From positions 736,001 to 800,000 of the forward strand of contig OZ244057.1 of NCBI GenBank assembly GCA_965215515.1: a stretch of 64,000 nt of DNA, in the 5' to 3' direction. The DNA comes from Oligoflexales bacterium. Its GTDB lineage: Bacteria; Bdellovibrionota_B; Oligoflexia; Oligoflexales; JAPPIL01. The notes beneath the pieces are model-generated. The model did no database searches. It worked only from the letters and a program-made list of their open reading frames with translations, and was not told the DNA's origin. A program made the translations under genes and the position numbers. Below are positions 37,537-47,494 of this stretch, one piece after another; the stretch's first letter is position 1; each line of letters opens with the position of its first letter.

Positions 37537-39933
37537 GTGAGCGTTTACAGTAAAAACAGGTATCTTTCTTTTCTGCATCGACTGCTTTTCCCGTGGTTGA
37601 AGATGAAGATCGTGCCGCGTGATTTCAGCACCTATCAGGCGGACAGCAGTGTTTGCTATATCTTGCGTCGTCGTTCCTTCTACGATTTGCTGGTGCTTGA
37701 ACAGGTCTGTCGCAAGAAAAAACTGCTGCGGCCGCGCCTTCACCCTCATCACCTTGCCCATACGTATGGCGGAGGATATCTGTGTCTCGATGGGCATGAG
37801 AAACCACCTCGCAGTCAAGCTGTGTTGCGTGACATGATCGCACAGCAGCGACGTGACCGCGCACGGGAGGTGCGTTTAATCCCCGTCTCGGTGTTCTGGG
37901 GGCGTAACCCAGGCCGCAAGGAGAGTTCGTTTTTGCGCGCGTTTTTCAGCGATGCGGAAAGCCTCAACCCCTTACGCCGCTTCCTTATTATGATGGTGCA
38001 GGGACGTGACATTCTGGTTAACTTCGGCAAATCGATTTCGCTGCAAGAGTTTGTGCGCGAAGAGGCTAGCCCTGAGCAGCTCAGCCGCAAACTCAGTCGT
38101 GTGCTACGGGTGCATTTTCGTACGCAAAAAAACGCGGCCCTAGGGCCTCAGCTTTACCGCCGCAGTCAGGTGATTGAGTTTTTACTCAGCTCTCACAACG
38201 TGCGCAGCGTCATTGCCAGTGAAGCACAGAAGCGCGGCACGGCGGTGGCGCGTGTCACCAAAACCGCGCGCAAAAATCTCGAATCCATTTGTTCCGATCT
38301 TTCTCCACGAGTCGTGTTGCTTTTTTATTTGTTTCTCAACTGGTTTTTTCGCAAAATTTTTACTGCCATCGAAGTGCGTCGTTCGCCTGCCTTGGCGGAA
38401 GTTGCCCGTACTTCAGAACTTATCTATTTACCCTGTCACCGCAGTCATATCGACTATTTGCTGCTGAGCTATGTGCTTTATCGGGAGGGCTTGATGGTGC
38501 CGCACTTCGGCAGTGGTGACAATCTTGATTTTCTCATTATCGGCACACTCTTTCGCAAAGCGGGGGCTTTTTTTCTCCGACGTAAATTTCGTGGCAACCG
38601 TCTCTATACCGTGTTGTTTAGCGAGTATATGCACTATTTGGTGAGTAAAGGTTATCCCTTGTGTTTTTTCCCTGAAGGCACACGTAGTCGCAATGGTTTG
38701 TTGTTAGAGCCGAAGACAGGCATGTTGGCTATGATCGCACAGAGTTATGAGCGCAACGATTATCGCAAAATTGCGCTTGTGCCTGTCTATATAGGCTACG
38801 ATTGTTTGATGGAAGCGCAGTCGTTCGGCGGTGAGTTACGAGGCACGACTAAAGTTAAGCACGAATCGTTGATGGAAATGTTTCGTGCTCGCAAAGTGTT
38901 AAGTTCTTCTCTCGGCAAAGCGTATGTGTCTTTCGGTGAACCGCTGTCGTTGGGTAAGTATCTTGCCGCGGGGAAAAAACGTGGTCAAGCTTTCCACTCC
39001 ACTATTTCTTCGCTTGCTCATACGATGATGGAGGGTATTGCCGACCATACCGTCGTTACCCCTGTATCGTTGGCTGCCATTATTTTGTTGGCGAAACCAC
39101 AGAAGTCGATTGCTGTCATGGAATTCAGCGGCTTGTACCGTGTTTTGCGTGCGCTCAGCGAGCAGTTGCGCTGGGCAAGCCACGTCCAGTTTCCCGATCT
39201 TGAACCTTCAGCTCTGCTCCATTTGGTGCAGGACATGCCTCAGATAAAATGGTTCAAGCACGAAAGCGGCGACATTCTTTATCTTGATGATCACAACGAC
39301 CCTGTGTTGCTTTATGCCGCAAGCAACATTGCCGCGGTGTTTTTAATTCCTGCTTTGATTGCCAGATTGTTTCGCAATTTTCAGCGTATTGCCCCGCGTG
39401 ATTTGGTCGCAACGATTTGTAATTACTACCGTTTGATGCGAGGGGAGTTTTTTCTAAAATGGGATGGTGAGATCGAGCGGGTGGTTGAGGAAACGCTGGC
39501 CAAAATGCTGGAATTCAAACTCTTGCATGGCAGTTCGCATCTGTCGCCCCCTGCCTTGGCGGATGATAACTTTTTGTTGCTGCACAACCTCGGTTGTTTC
39601 ACGGACAAAATTTTTGAACGCTATGCTGTATTGGTAACTTTATTGGCTGCTTATCAGGAGCAGGCGCGGGTGCCACGGCAAGAGCTAGAACGGCAATATA
39701 GTTTGTTATTGCAGCGGATCGCGATTCTAAAAGGGCGCAATGTTCCCTATTATAGGCAGGAGCGCAGCGTTAGCTATCAGATAGAAAATTTCAAAAAAAT
39801 GATGTTGCTGAATGAAGGCGAAGACGGAATGATGGGTATCTCGCCACGTCTTAAGGGTATGGCACGTGGTTGTGCTGAGGCATTAGGGAGAGACATTGGG
39901 CAGAGCATTAAAAAAATTGCCGTATCGTCGTGA
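37537..39933 (+). CDS. plsB: Glycerol-3-phosphate O-acyltransferase
   Basis: PVSVFWGR, HRSHIDY, GAFFLRR and FFPEGTRSR. Start position approximate. Confidence 0.92.
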   Translation: MSVYSKNRYLSFLHRLLFPWLKMKIVPRDFSTYQADSSVCYILRRRSFYDLLVLEQVCRKKKLLRPRLHPHHLAHTYGGGYLCLDGHEKPPRSQAVLRDMIAQQRRDRAREVRLIPVSVFWGRNPGRKESSFLRAFFSDAESLNPLRRFLIMMVQGRDILVNFGKSISLQEFVREEASPEQLSRKLSRVLRVHFRTQKNAALGPQLYRRSQVIEFLLSSHNVRSVIASEAQKRGTAVARVTKTARKNLESICSDLSPRVVLLFYLFLNWFFRKIFTAIEVRRSPALAEVARTSELIYLPCHRSHIDYLLLSYVLYREGLMVPHFGSGDNLDFLIIGTLFRKAGAFFLRRKFRGNRLYTVLFSEYMHYLVSKGYPLCFFPEGTRSRNGLLLEPKTGMLAMIAQSYERNDYRKIALVPVYIGYDCLMEAQSFGGELRGTTKVKHESLMEMFRARKVLSSSLGKAYVSFGEPLSLGKYLAAGKKRGQAFHSTISSLAHTMMEGIADHTVVTPVSLAAIILLAKPQKSIAVMEFSGLYRVLRALSEQLRWASHVQFPDLEPSALLHLVQDMPQIKWFKHESGDILYLDDHNDPVLLYAASNIAAVFLIPALIARLFRNFQRIAPRDLVATICNYYRLMRGEFFLKWDGEIERVVEETLAKMLEFKLLHGSSHLSPPALADDNFLLLHNLGCFTDKIFERYAVLVTLLAAYQEQARVPRQELERQYSLLLQRIAILKGRNVPYYRQERSVSYQIENFKKMMLLNEGEDGMMGISPRLKGMARGCAEALGRDIGQSIKKIAVSS

Positions 39934-40991
39934 GCAAGAAACGTCCTATCTCTCGCAAAAACTGGGCGGCAGACGAGCTGCGAGAAAATTTTACCGCTCC
40001 TGAAAGCGAGTGGCTGTGTATAGTGCAAGGTGCATTTGCCGCCCGTGTTGTCGAGGTGCATAAGGGCTTTGCTTTTGTGTCGCCTGAAAAGAAGTGGCAC
40101 GATATTGCTTTGCATGATGTGTGGTTAGGGACGATTCCCAAACGTTTTTTGCTGGCGAAAAAGTCTAACCGCAAGTTGTTGGCTGTCGGCGATCGGGTAT
40201 GGTGCGAGCCCGATACTCACACACCGCAGGAGTTGCCTCATTGTCGTATTGTGCGCAACGCTCCGCGCCGTAATGTGTTGGCGCGGCTTGATTCTTTGCA
40301 GCAAGCGCGGTCACATGTTATTGCTAGTAACATCGATCATCTTATCATTACCTCGGCATTTGTCACTCCGCCACTCGATTTTACTTTGATCGATCGCTAT
40401 CTTGTTTTCGCTGCGCAGCAAAACATGCAGCCGTTGCTTGTCTTCAACAAATCGGATCTGCTCGATGATGTGCAACGCAAAGCACTGCTGCCCCGTCTCG
40501 ATAATTATCGCCATCTCGGTTATCGGGTGTTGGTAGTGCAGGCTGCGGTTACTGATTTTCGTGCTCAGGAAGATCTGGTGATTTTACAAAAAATTTTAGC
40601 ACAGGGTATGGCAGTTTTTACCGGTAACTCTGGGGTAGGCAAGTCTTCACTGGTTAATCTGTTTTCGCCGTCACTGCCGCAAGCTGTGGCGGAAGAGTTT
40701 ACTCACGGCGGGCAACACACGACCACCTATGCCAGTCTTTTGCGTTTACAGACGGGGGGTTATGTAATCGATACACCAGGGATCAAAAAGTTTGCCCTCG
40801 GAGAAATCGCCGCGGCACAGTTGGGGAGTTTCTTCGTCGAATTTGCTGCCCATACCGACAGATGCCGCTATCGCTCTTGTCAGCACGATCAAGAACCTGT
40901 TTGCGGGGTGAAGACGGCGGTTGAGACAGGCGACATCTGCCCTGCACGTTATGCCTCTTATCTCACGTTGTTGGCACAAACCACGTGTTGA
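39930..40991 (+). CDS. rsgA: Ribosome small subunit-dependent GTPase A
   Basis: AVGDRV, NKSDL, GNSGVGKSS, HTTT, DTPG and the CRYRSCQH..EP.C zinc motif. Confidence 0.95.
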   Translation: MSKKRPISRKNWAADELRENFTAPESEWLCIVQGAFAARVVEVHKGFAFVSPEKKWHDIALHDVWLGTIPKRFLLAKKSNRKLLAVGDRVWCEPDTHTPQELPHCRIVRNAPRRNVLARLDSLQQARSHVIASNIDHLIITSAFVTPPLDFTLIDRYLVFAAQQNMQPLLVFNKSDLLDDVQRKALLPRLDNYRHLGYRVLVVQAAVTDFRAQEDLVILQKILAQGMAVFTGNSGVGKSSLVNLFSPSLPQAVAEEFTHGGQHTTTYASLLRLQTGGYVIDTPGIKKFALGEIAAAQLGSFFVEFAAHTDRCRYRSCQHDQEPVCGVKTAVETGDICPARYASYLTLLAQTTC

Positions 40992-41045
40992 CTGCCCACC
41001 TCCATCTACATGCTTTGCAAAGCGGTGGCAACTATTGCGTACCCT
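40977..41045 (+). repeat. 69-bp direct repeat, copy 1 (rsgA 3' end plus NERD-helicase 3' end)
   Basis: 65/69 nt identical to 52560-52628. Confidence 0.92.
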
Positions 41046-41120
41046 CCTTAGGGGGTGTAGTTCACTCCTCTTTGGAACTCAGGAGGTGTGCGTCTTTTGT
41101 CTGTCAACGAAGCGTTTCCC

Positions 41121-41597
41121 TCAGGGGCATGCGATGGCGGTAATAATATAATCAGTCGTGCCTTTAGGTGCTTTGACCGACACCTGTGCGTCGCACTTTT
41201 TGCCGATAATGGCACGACCGATGGGAGAATTGATGGAGATGCGGTGCTGGGTAATGTCGGCTTCGAGATCACCGACCAGTTGCAGAGTTTTGGTATTGCC
41301 GCTCTCCTCCTCCATCAGCGTTACCAGTGCACCGAAACGCACCACGTCGAGATCTTGCGAGCGCAACCCGACCACCTTGCAACGTGCCAACTGATCCTCC
41401 AACAACGAGATTCGTCCTTCGATGAAGCCTTGTCGCTCTTTCGCCGCGTGGTACTCAGCATTTTCTTTCAGATCGCCATGCCCCCTCGCTTCGGCGATCG
41501 CACTGATGATACGCGGACGCTCGACGCTGCGCAACTGCTGCAACTCGCGGCGCAGCCGCTCCCTACCCCCTTTGGTTACGGGGATGGCCTCTTCCAT
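41121..41597 (-). CDS. greA: Transcription elongation factor GreA
   Basis: [27 protein letters not shown] and [10 protein letters not shown]. Confidence 0.97.
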   Translation of the reverse strand: MEEAIPVTKGGRERLRRELQQLRSVERPRIISAIAEARGHGDLKENAEYHAAKERQGFIEGRISLLEDQLARCKVVGLRSQDLDVVRFGALVTLMEEESGNTKTLQLVGDLEADITQHRISINSPIGRAIIGKKCDAQVSVKAPKGTTDYIITAIACP

Positions 41598-41677
41598 CTC
41601 CTCCCTCCTTCTGCAGACCTGCTACAGCCCTGCGCTGCACAAGTCAAGTTTGCTTTGCCAGACAAGGGTAAGCATGC

Positions 41678-42673
41678 CTAGCGGGGCAGGTAAATTCCAC
41701 CCAGCACACCTTCGCGCACGGTAGGCTCACCTCGGACGACGAAACTGCATTTGATGCCACGAAAGTCTTTGAACCATCGCTGTTGCTTGAAAAGCGCCAG
41801 AAGCTCGCGACAGGTGCGGTTTAAGTCGCGTCCTGACAGAGCTTTTGCGATCTGCAAGCGCAACAGGATACCGATACCATCAGGCGTGAGAATGGTGTTG
41901 ACGAAGAGCACCTCATGCTTGCTGGCAACTTGGGTAATTTGTGCCCGCCACTGTGCTGTCGGCATCGTTTGCTGCTGAGCCTTGTGTAGGACAAGGCGTT
42001 GCGGGAAACGCAGAAAGGGGCTGTCTTGCAGGAGTTTTTGCGTGATATCAAACAGTGCCCAAGCCAACATCGGGGTGTGTTGCGCTTGCATGGCTTTGCC
42101 GAGCCAGTCGTTGAAATCAAGACCGAGATGCGTCCACTGGCGAGTATGCAGCGCGCCGATGACCCACTTCCCGCGCACCATAACCAGCGGCACGACGATA
42201 CGACCGAGTTCTTTCTTGCCCACTACCGATAGCCACAAAAAGTATTGCAGTTCGTAGCCGTACAGGGGTTTGAGATACAGTGTGTCCGCCGCGCAGTGCA
42301 GTTCGTCCACCGTCTGTGCGGGACGTAGCTCCCAGAGACGGGTAACATTGATCGTCAACGGGGTGCGGTAGATGAAACGCAGACGTTGGAAAAATACACC
42401 GAGATCAACCGTTTTGCTGCGTTGCAGACGAGGGTGCAGCAGTGCCTGCAAGGCCTTGCTGTCCTCTTTCTTGATCGCCGTGAGTGTCGCCGTGATCAGT
42501 TTGTTGACCGCGGGATCAACTGCGCTGAAAGAAGTCATGCTGCTGTTAGCTAGCGGGCGACACGTTCTGGTTACGGGAGTAGGGGTGGTCACGGGTTCTG
42601 GCGCGGCCGCGTCCACCCTGACTGCCCCGACACACAGCAGGAGGAAGTACCGTGCACTAGCCGCAGAGGTCAT
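41678..42673 (-). CDS. Hypothetical exported protein
   Basis: Signal-like N-terminus and a long open frame continuing the purN-greA gene run. Confidence 0.7.
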   Translation of the reverse strand: MTSAASARYFLLLCVGAVRVDAAAPEPVTTPTPVTRTCRPLANSSMTSFSAVDPAVNKLITATLTAIKKEDSKALQALLHPRLQRSKTVDLGVFFQRLRFIYRTPLTINVTRLWELRPAQTVDELHCAADTLYLKPLYGYELQYFLWLSVVGKKELGRIVVPLVMVRGKWVIGALHTRQWTHLGLDFNDWLGKAMQAQHTPMLAWALFDITQKLLQDSPFLRFPQRLVLHKAQQQTMPTAQWRAQITQVASKHEVLFVNTILTPDGIGILLRLQIAKALSGRDLNRTCRELLALFKQQRWFKDFRGIKCSFVVRGEPTVREGVLGGIYLPR

Positions 42674-43310
42674 AATCGATTTCCCCACTGGTGCGCAGCG
42701 TGCAGCTGCCGTCATTTTCTGCGTCGTATTGCTGCGGTGGTGCTTCGCACCAGTCGTTGCGGACGAGAAAATCTATTGTGCGCGGGTAGAGCAGACATTC
42801 GGCGGCAAACACTTTGTCCTGCACGGCATCCACACTACCGCAGGCTGAAATATCGACGACAATCTGTGAGATGACGCGCCCTTCATCGTAACCATCGGTG
42901 ACTAGATGCACGGTTGCCCCTGACTGTTTGCATCCTGCTGCGAACACTTTCTCGTGTACATGCCGACCGAACATGCCTTTGCCGCCAAACGATGGTAGCA
43001 GCGAGGGATGAATACTGATCGTACGTGCCGCGAACGCGGGGATGTCGGGGAAATGGCGGGTGAAACCAGCCAGCACGACGGCATCGACCGCGAGGTGTTT
43101 GAGCCAGTTGTTCATTGTGGTGACGGTCTCAATGCGGTCGAAGTTGAGTACCGATGCGGGTAAACCCTCGTCGTAGGCGTATTTCAAGCCTGCGGCGTAG
43201 GGTGACGAAGAAAAAACTCCGCAGATGGTGTAGCCATGCTCCGCCTGGCAGGCCAGGAGGTTCTGCAAAGAACGTCCTCGCCCTGAAATTCCCACTACGA
43301 TCTTGCTCAT
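42657..43310 (-). CDS. purN: Phosphoribosylglycinamide formyltransferase-like protein
   Basis: ISGRGRSLQ, VLAGF, IHPSLLPSFGGKGM and SGATVH.V...YDEG. Confidence 0.85.
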   Translation of the reverse strand: MSKIVVGISGRGRSLQNLLACQAEHGYTICGVFSSSPYAAGLKYAYDEGLPASVLNFDRIETVTTMNNWLKHLAVDAVVLAGFTRHFPDIPAFAARTISIHPSLLPSFGGKGMFGRHVHEKVFAAGCKQSGATVHLVTDGYDEGRVISQIVVDISACGSVDAVQDKVFAAECLLYPRTIDFLVRNDWCEAPPQQYDAENDGSCTLRTSGEIDYDLCG

Positions 43311-43311
43311 A

Positions 43312-44280
43312 TCATGCACAACTACCCTCCTTCATCGTGAATACATGTGGTTTGCGATCTACTATTCCGTGCCAAAATGACCAGGCATCCGCGGTGCGTC
43401 GTCCTGCCAGCTGCAAATGTGTCACAACCACCATCCCTCCGCCTGTGTTGACACACAGCGATTTTGTGTGGCGTTCGCAGGTGAATGCACCGCAGGACGT
43501 TGACGGTGCTGTTGCGGGACGGGGGGATGCCATCTCTTTCAGGATAACACGCCGCCCCTGAAAAAAGGTAAAAGTTTCAGGCCATCCATAACAGGCTAGA
43601 AACTGCTGATAAATTGCACTTGCCTTGCTTTGCCAGGCGACCAACCCATCCTTCTTGCCAACCTTCCTGCATCGGCTCACCTGTCGCGGGTCTTGAGGAG
43701 TGCCGTGAAAATCTGGATCACGCAGTAGTTTGAAGGTTGTCGGTAGCAGTTCCGCACCTGTGCGAAACAGCAGCGCGGTCAGGTCACGGTGATGGGTGTG
43801 GGCGGGCAGAGCCAACGCCTGCTGCACGATGATATTGCCTGCATCGACCTCACGCACCGTGAAGCAGATGGTCACACCGCTGGCTGTCGCTCCTTCCCGC
43901 ACTGCGGCGACTACGGGGGCAGCACCGCGCCAGCGCGGCAACAGCGAGGGGTGAATGTTGATAACTGCACGCGTGGGGATGGCAAGGAATTCGGCGGTGA
44001 GGATTTGCCCGTACGCGGCGGTCAGAATTACGTCTGGCTGTAGGGCGCGCAACTGCGCCATGAATGCGGGAGCACTGGCTTGCTGAGGCTGGTAGCAGGC
44101 TATGCGCTGTGCTTTGGCAAAGAGTGAGACGGGGCTTTCAACCTCTCTCAAGCCGCGCTGTCCACGTCGTAGCTGGCTGACCACCCCGATCAGGGTGATA
44201 GCGCCGCGTTGCTGTAATAGTTGGAGCTTTTCCACTACCGTGATCACTTCAGGCGGCGACCCCATGAACAGCACTCGCAT
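43312..44280 (-). CDS. fmt: Methionyl-tRNA formyltransferase
   Basis: MRVLFMGSP, AAYGQIL, NIHPSLLPRWRGAAP and DAGNI. Confidence 0.95.
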   Translation of the reverse strand: MRVLFMGSPPEVITVVEKLQLLQQRGAITLIGVVSQLRRGQRGLREVESPVSLFAKAQRIACYQPQQASAPAFMAQLRALQPDVILTAAYGQILTAEFLAIPTRAVINIHPSLLPRWRGAAPVVAAVREGATASGVTICFTVREVDAGNIIVQQALALPAHTHHRDLTALLFRTGAELLPTTFKLLRDPDFHGTPQDPRQVSRCRKVGKKDGLVAWQSKASAIYQQFLACYGWPETFTFFQGRRVILKEMASPRPATAPSTSCGAFTCERHTKSLCVNTGGGMVVVTHLQLAGRRTADAWSFWHGIVDRKPHVFTMKEGSCA

Positions 44281-44479
44281 CGACATTCCCTCGTCCACAC
44301 ACGCCCCACCGTCAAGTGTCGTGCATGTACCAAAAAAACAGAAATCAGGGGCTGGCCTAGCGCAACGCTATCCCCTTTCTGTCACGGTGTCAAGTTTTAT
44401 TGCCCGCCATTGTTCAGCACACTTTGTTTTGGGCAAGTTTTCTGCTAGAATGGCTGTTCGGGTAAGAGAGGGTAATGCG

Positions 44480-45775
44480 GTGAGCGACAAGGATTTTCCC
44501 ACCCCCGAGCAGGTGCAGAGGGAGTTTGAGCGTTTTGTCAAGGAACGTTTTGGTGGCAGGGTGCAGATTTTCGCCCAACAGATGGAGCGGGCGGGCGGTG
44601 ACGACGATGAGGACGAAGACGAGGACGAGGAGGAGCAGGAAAGCACCAGCTTTTCCTTCAACCTCAAGCCAAAGGACATCAAAGCGCATCTCGATCGTTA
44701 TGTCATCAGACAGGACGAAGCCAAGAAGGCGTTGGCAATTGCAGTTTGCGACCATTACAACCATGTGCAGGAAGATCTACGCCGCAAGGATTACGAGTAC
44801 TACAAGCAGAACATCATGATTCTGGGGCCGACGGGGGTGGGCAAGACCTATCTTATCAGGCAGATTGCGCGCTTGATCGGCATTCCTTTCGTGAAGGCGG
44901 ATGCTACGCGTTTCACTGAGACGGGTTATGTGGGGGCAAACGTCGAGGATCTCGTGCGTGATCTCGTTTCGCAGGCGAACAACGATGTGCACACCGCACA
45001 GTATGGTATCGTTTACATCGATGAGATCGATAAACTTGCGTCGGCTTTAAGCGGCTACGGGCGAGACATCAGCGGTCGCGGTGTGCAGATCGGTTTGTTG
45101 AAACTGATGGAGGAGACCGAGATAGATCTGCGGGCGGGGAACGATGTTGCCTCGCAGATGCAGGCGATGATGGAGTTTCAGCGCAAGGGTAAGGTGGAGA
45201 AGCAAGTAATCAACACCCGCCACATTTTGTTCGTAGTCAGTGGTGCGTTCAACGAGCTGAAAGATCCGATCAAGACTCGTCTCAACAAAAACAGCATCGG
45301 CTTCAAGACGGAAGATCATCGTCATGGCGACGATGATCTGTTGAGTTTGGCGACGACGCAGGATTTCATCGATTTTGGTTTCGAGCCAGAGTTTATCGGT
45401 CGTATTCCTATCAGGGTCAGTTGTTGTAACCTTTCCAGCGGTGATCTTTACGATGTGCTAAAGTATTCGGAAGGCTCGATTATCAAGCAGTATCAGCGTA
45501 ATTTTCGTGCTTACGGGATCGATGCCACCTTCACCGACAAGGCTTTGCAGCGTATTGCGGAGCGTGCCTATCAAGAGAAAACAGGTGCACGTGGGATCAT
45601 GACGGTCTGTGAAGATATCTTGCGTGATTTTAAGTTTGAGCTTCCCTCAACGGACATCGATCGCTTCGTCATCACTCCCGCGGTGTGCAATAACCCCCAG
45701 GCGGAGTTGCGCAAACTGCTGAAAAAACGTGCGGCCCGAAAAATGCCGCTCATCCGTCCCAGTGTTGAGGGTTAG
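44480..45775 (+). CDS. ClpX-like AAA+ ATPase lacking the N-terminal zinc-binding domain
   Basis: GPTGVGKT, ADATRFTETGYVG, IDEIDK, IGF loop, EPEFIGR and TGARG. Confidence 0.9.
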   Translation: MSDKDFPTPEQVQREFERFVKERFGGRVQIFAQQMERAGGDDDEDEDEDEEEQESTSFSFNLKPKDIKAHLDRYVIRQDEAKKALAIAVCDHYNHVQEDLRRKDYEYYKQNIMILGPTGVGKTYLIRQIARLIGIPFVKADATRFTETGYVGANVEDLVRDLVSQANNDVHTAQYGIVYIDEIDKLASALSGYGRDISGRGVQIGLLKLMEETEIDLRAGNDVASQMQAMMEFQRKGKVEKQVINTRHILFVVSGAFNELKDPIKTRLNKNSIGFKTEDHRHGDDDLLSLATTQDFIDFGFEPEFIGRIPIRVSCCNLSSGDLYDVLKYSEGSIIKQYQRNFRAYGIDATFTDKALQRIAERAYQEKTGARGIMTVCEDILRDFKFELPSTDIDRFVITPAVCNNPQAELRKLLKKRAARKMPLIRPSVEG

Positions 45776-45886
45776 TGGCCTCGCCTTCTTCGTGTAGTTG
45801 TTGTTTTTGTACCGCTTGTGAGCATTTTGACTTCGGCGTAGCATGGATAGTAACGGGCTTTGTGCTATGCGATGGGGTGGAGAACG

Positions 45887-46507
45887 GTGGGCAAGCATAT
45901 CTTTACCTATGCTGATCCTGTCCCTGAACGTCATCTCACAGAGATATGTCAGGTACTGGAAAAGGGTGGGGTGGTGGCGTATCCGACCGATGTCAATTGG
46001 GCACTCGGTTGCGATGCCAGTAGTACTAGGGCGGTAGGAAAAATGCGGCGCATCAAGCGTGTTCACCCGAAAAGCCAGCCTTTCAGCCTCATCTGTGCTG
46101 GTATGTCGATGGCAAGCAAGGTTGCCAACATCGATAACCGTGCCTATAAGGTGCTGAAAAAGCTTTTGCCTGGTGCGTACACTGTCATCCTCAAGAGCAA
46201 TCGTTCTTTGGCGCGCCAGATCAAAGACAAGCGCCTCAACGTAGGTATTCGCATTCCGCGCTGTGCCGTATTGAGTGCGATCACGGCGCGTTTAGACAGG
46301 CCGTTAGCGACGACCTCCATGCTGACAGACGGTGATCAGGAGTTGCGTTTCGGCTATGAAATTCAAGAAAAATATGGACATGCGCTTGATTTAGTCATCG
46401 ATCTCGGCACAGAAATCAGTCCCGCAGAAACGACGATCATTGATCTTACCACCGAGATACCTTTAGTTGTGCGCAAGGGTGTCGGAGATGTCGATGTGGG
46501 TTTTTGA
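45887..46507 (+). CDS. Sua5/YciO/YrdC family protein
   Basis: GGVVAYPTD, LLPGAYT.IL, VGIRIP and TTIIDLT...RKGVG. Confidence 0.9.
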   Translation: MGKHIFTYADPVPERHLTEICQVLEKGGVVAYPTDVNWALGCDASSTRAVGKMRRIKRVHPKSQPFSLICAGMSMASKVANIDNRAYKVLKKLLPGAYTVILKSNRSLARQIKDKRLNVGIRIPRCAVLSAITARLDRPLATTSMLTDGDQELRFGYEIQEKYGHALDLVIDLGTEISPAETTIIDLTTEIPLVVRKGVGDVDVGF

Positions 46508-47141
46508 GACAGTAGATCTCGGCATCATTGACTGGCCTGCTGCACTACGAGCACAGCTTGTCTATGCTCAACGTGCGGTGCAGGGCGAATATTTTTTATT
46601 ACTTGCCGAGCACCCACCCGTGTTGACACTGGGACGCAACGCTGACCCTCGCAACATCAAGATAAGCGTTGCGGAAGCGGCGCGGCGTGGCATTGCCGTA
46701 CATAGCAGTGAGCGAGGCGGGGATGTGACGGCTCACGTGTGGGGGCAGATCGTCCTGTACCCGATTTTGCGCCTCGCCAAGCCGCGGGGAGTACGTGCTT
46801 ACATCGAGGCGTTGGAGCAGACCGCGATGCGGGTGTTGCAGCGTTACGGAATTGCGGCGCGGGTGCGACGAGGTCTGCCAGGGGTGTGGGTGGGGAAGGA
46901 GAAGATCGCTTTCATCGGTATTCGTATCAAGAATCGTGTTACCCAGCATGGGTTGGCACTGAACGTCAACAATGACCTGGACTTGTTTGAGCTTATCGTT
47001 CCCTGTGGTTTACCCGCGGTCTCAGTAACTTCCATGCGCAAGTTGTTGGGACGGGAACTGCCCCTGACAGAGGTGAAGAACAGTCTGCGTGCTTGTTTCG
47101 TGGCGGTGTTGGCAGAAGCAAACGTGCCTGTGTTAGAATAG
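46494..47141 (+). CDS. lipB: Lipoyl(octanoyl) transferase
   Basis: EHPPVLTLG, RGGDVT.H..GQ, KIAFIG, HGLALN and IVPCG. Confidence 0.93.
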   Translation: MWVFETVDLGIIDWPAALRAQLVYAQRAVQGEYFLLLAEHPPVLTLGRNADPRNIKISVAEAARRGIAVHSSERGGDVTAHVWGQIVLYPILRLAKPRGVRAYIEALEQTAMRVLQRYGIAARVRRGLPGVWVGKEKIAFIGIRIKNRVTQHGLALNVNNDLDLFELIVPCGLPAVSVTSMRKLLGRELPLTEVKNSLRACFVAVLAEANVPVLE

Positions 47142-47167
47142 AAGGAATGGGTTTGCACGAGGAGACC

Positions 47168-47404
47168 ATGACTGACAATGTCGCCTATGCTACGGGGCTA
47201 GCGACGTGTTGCCTACAGACGGTGGCTATTCACGGCAAGCATAACACGATGATGACTTGCCCCACCTGTGCGAAGATCATCAAATCCTTTCGTGATGCCC
47301 CTGCATTTCGCAACTACCGCCAATTCTGTCTGTCGCAGGGGCGCAAGTTTGCCGAGGCAGAAGAGGCAAGCTACCACCTCATCGCTTTCGATCGCCCTGT
47401 TTAA
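47168..47404 (+). CDS. Small hypothetical protein with possible zinc-ribbon cysteines
   Basis: GAGGAG RBS, and CC...CPTC in the product. Confidence 0.6.
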   Translation: MTDNVAYATGLATCCLQTVAIHGKHNTMMTCPTCAKIIKSFRDAPAFRNYRQFCLSQGRKFAEAEEASYHLIAFDRPV

Positions 47405-47494
47405 TCTTTACCTAATTTTTTCGTTGCGCGGCTAAAATTTACGCCCATTACGCCGACAACGCTGACAGGACGCGGCTTGTCGTACGTGTGAGTC

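Noticed and set aside
41046..41065. GTGAACTACACCCCCTAAGG (minus strand) as an IS605 or IS150 end at the repeat boundary
   Set aside because: It is equally explained as a decayed continuation of the helicase 3' end (ACCCCC is shared), and it is too short to call.
44102..44479. Long N-terminal extensions in the ORF track (ClpX-like, surE, aminotransferase, GT2, batA/B)
   Set aside because: Most overlap neighbouring genes or RNAs, and downstream starts fit the family N-termini or stop-start overlaps better.
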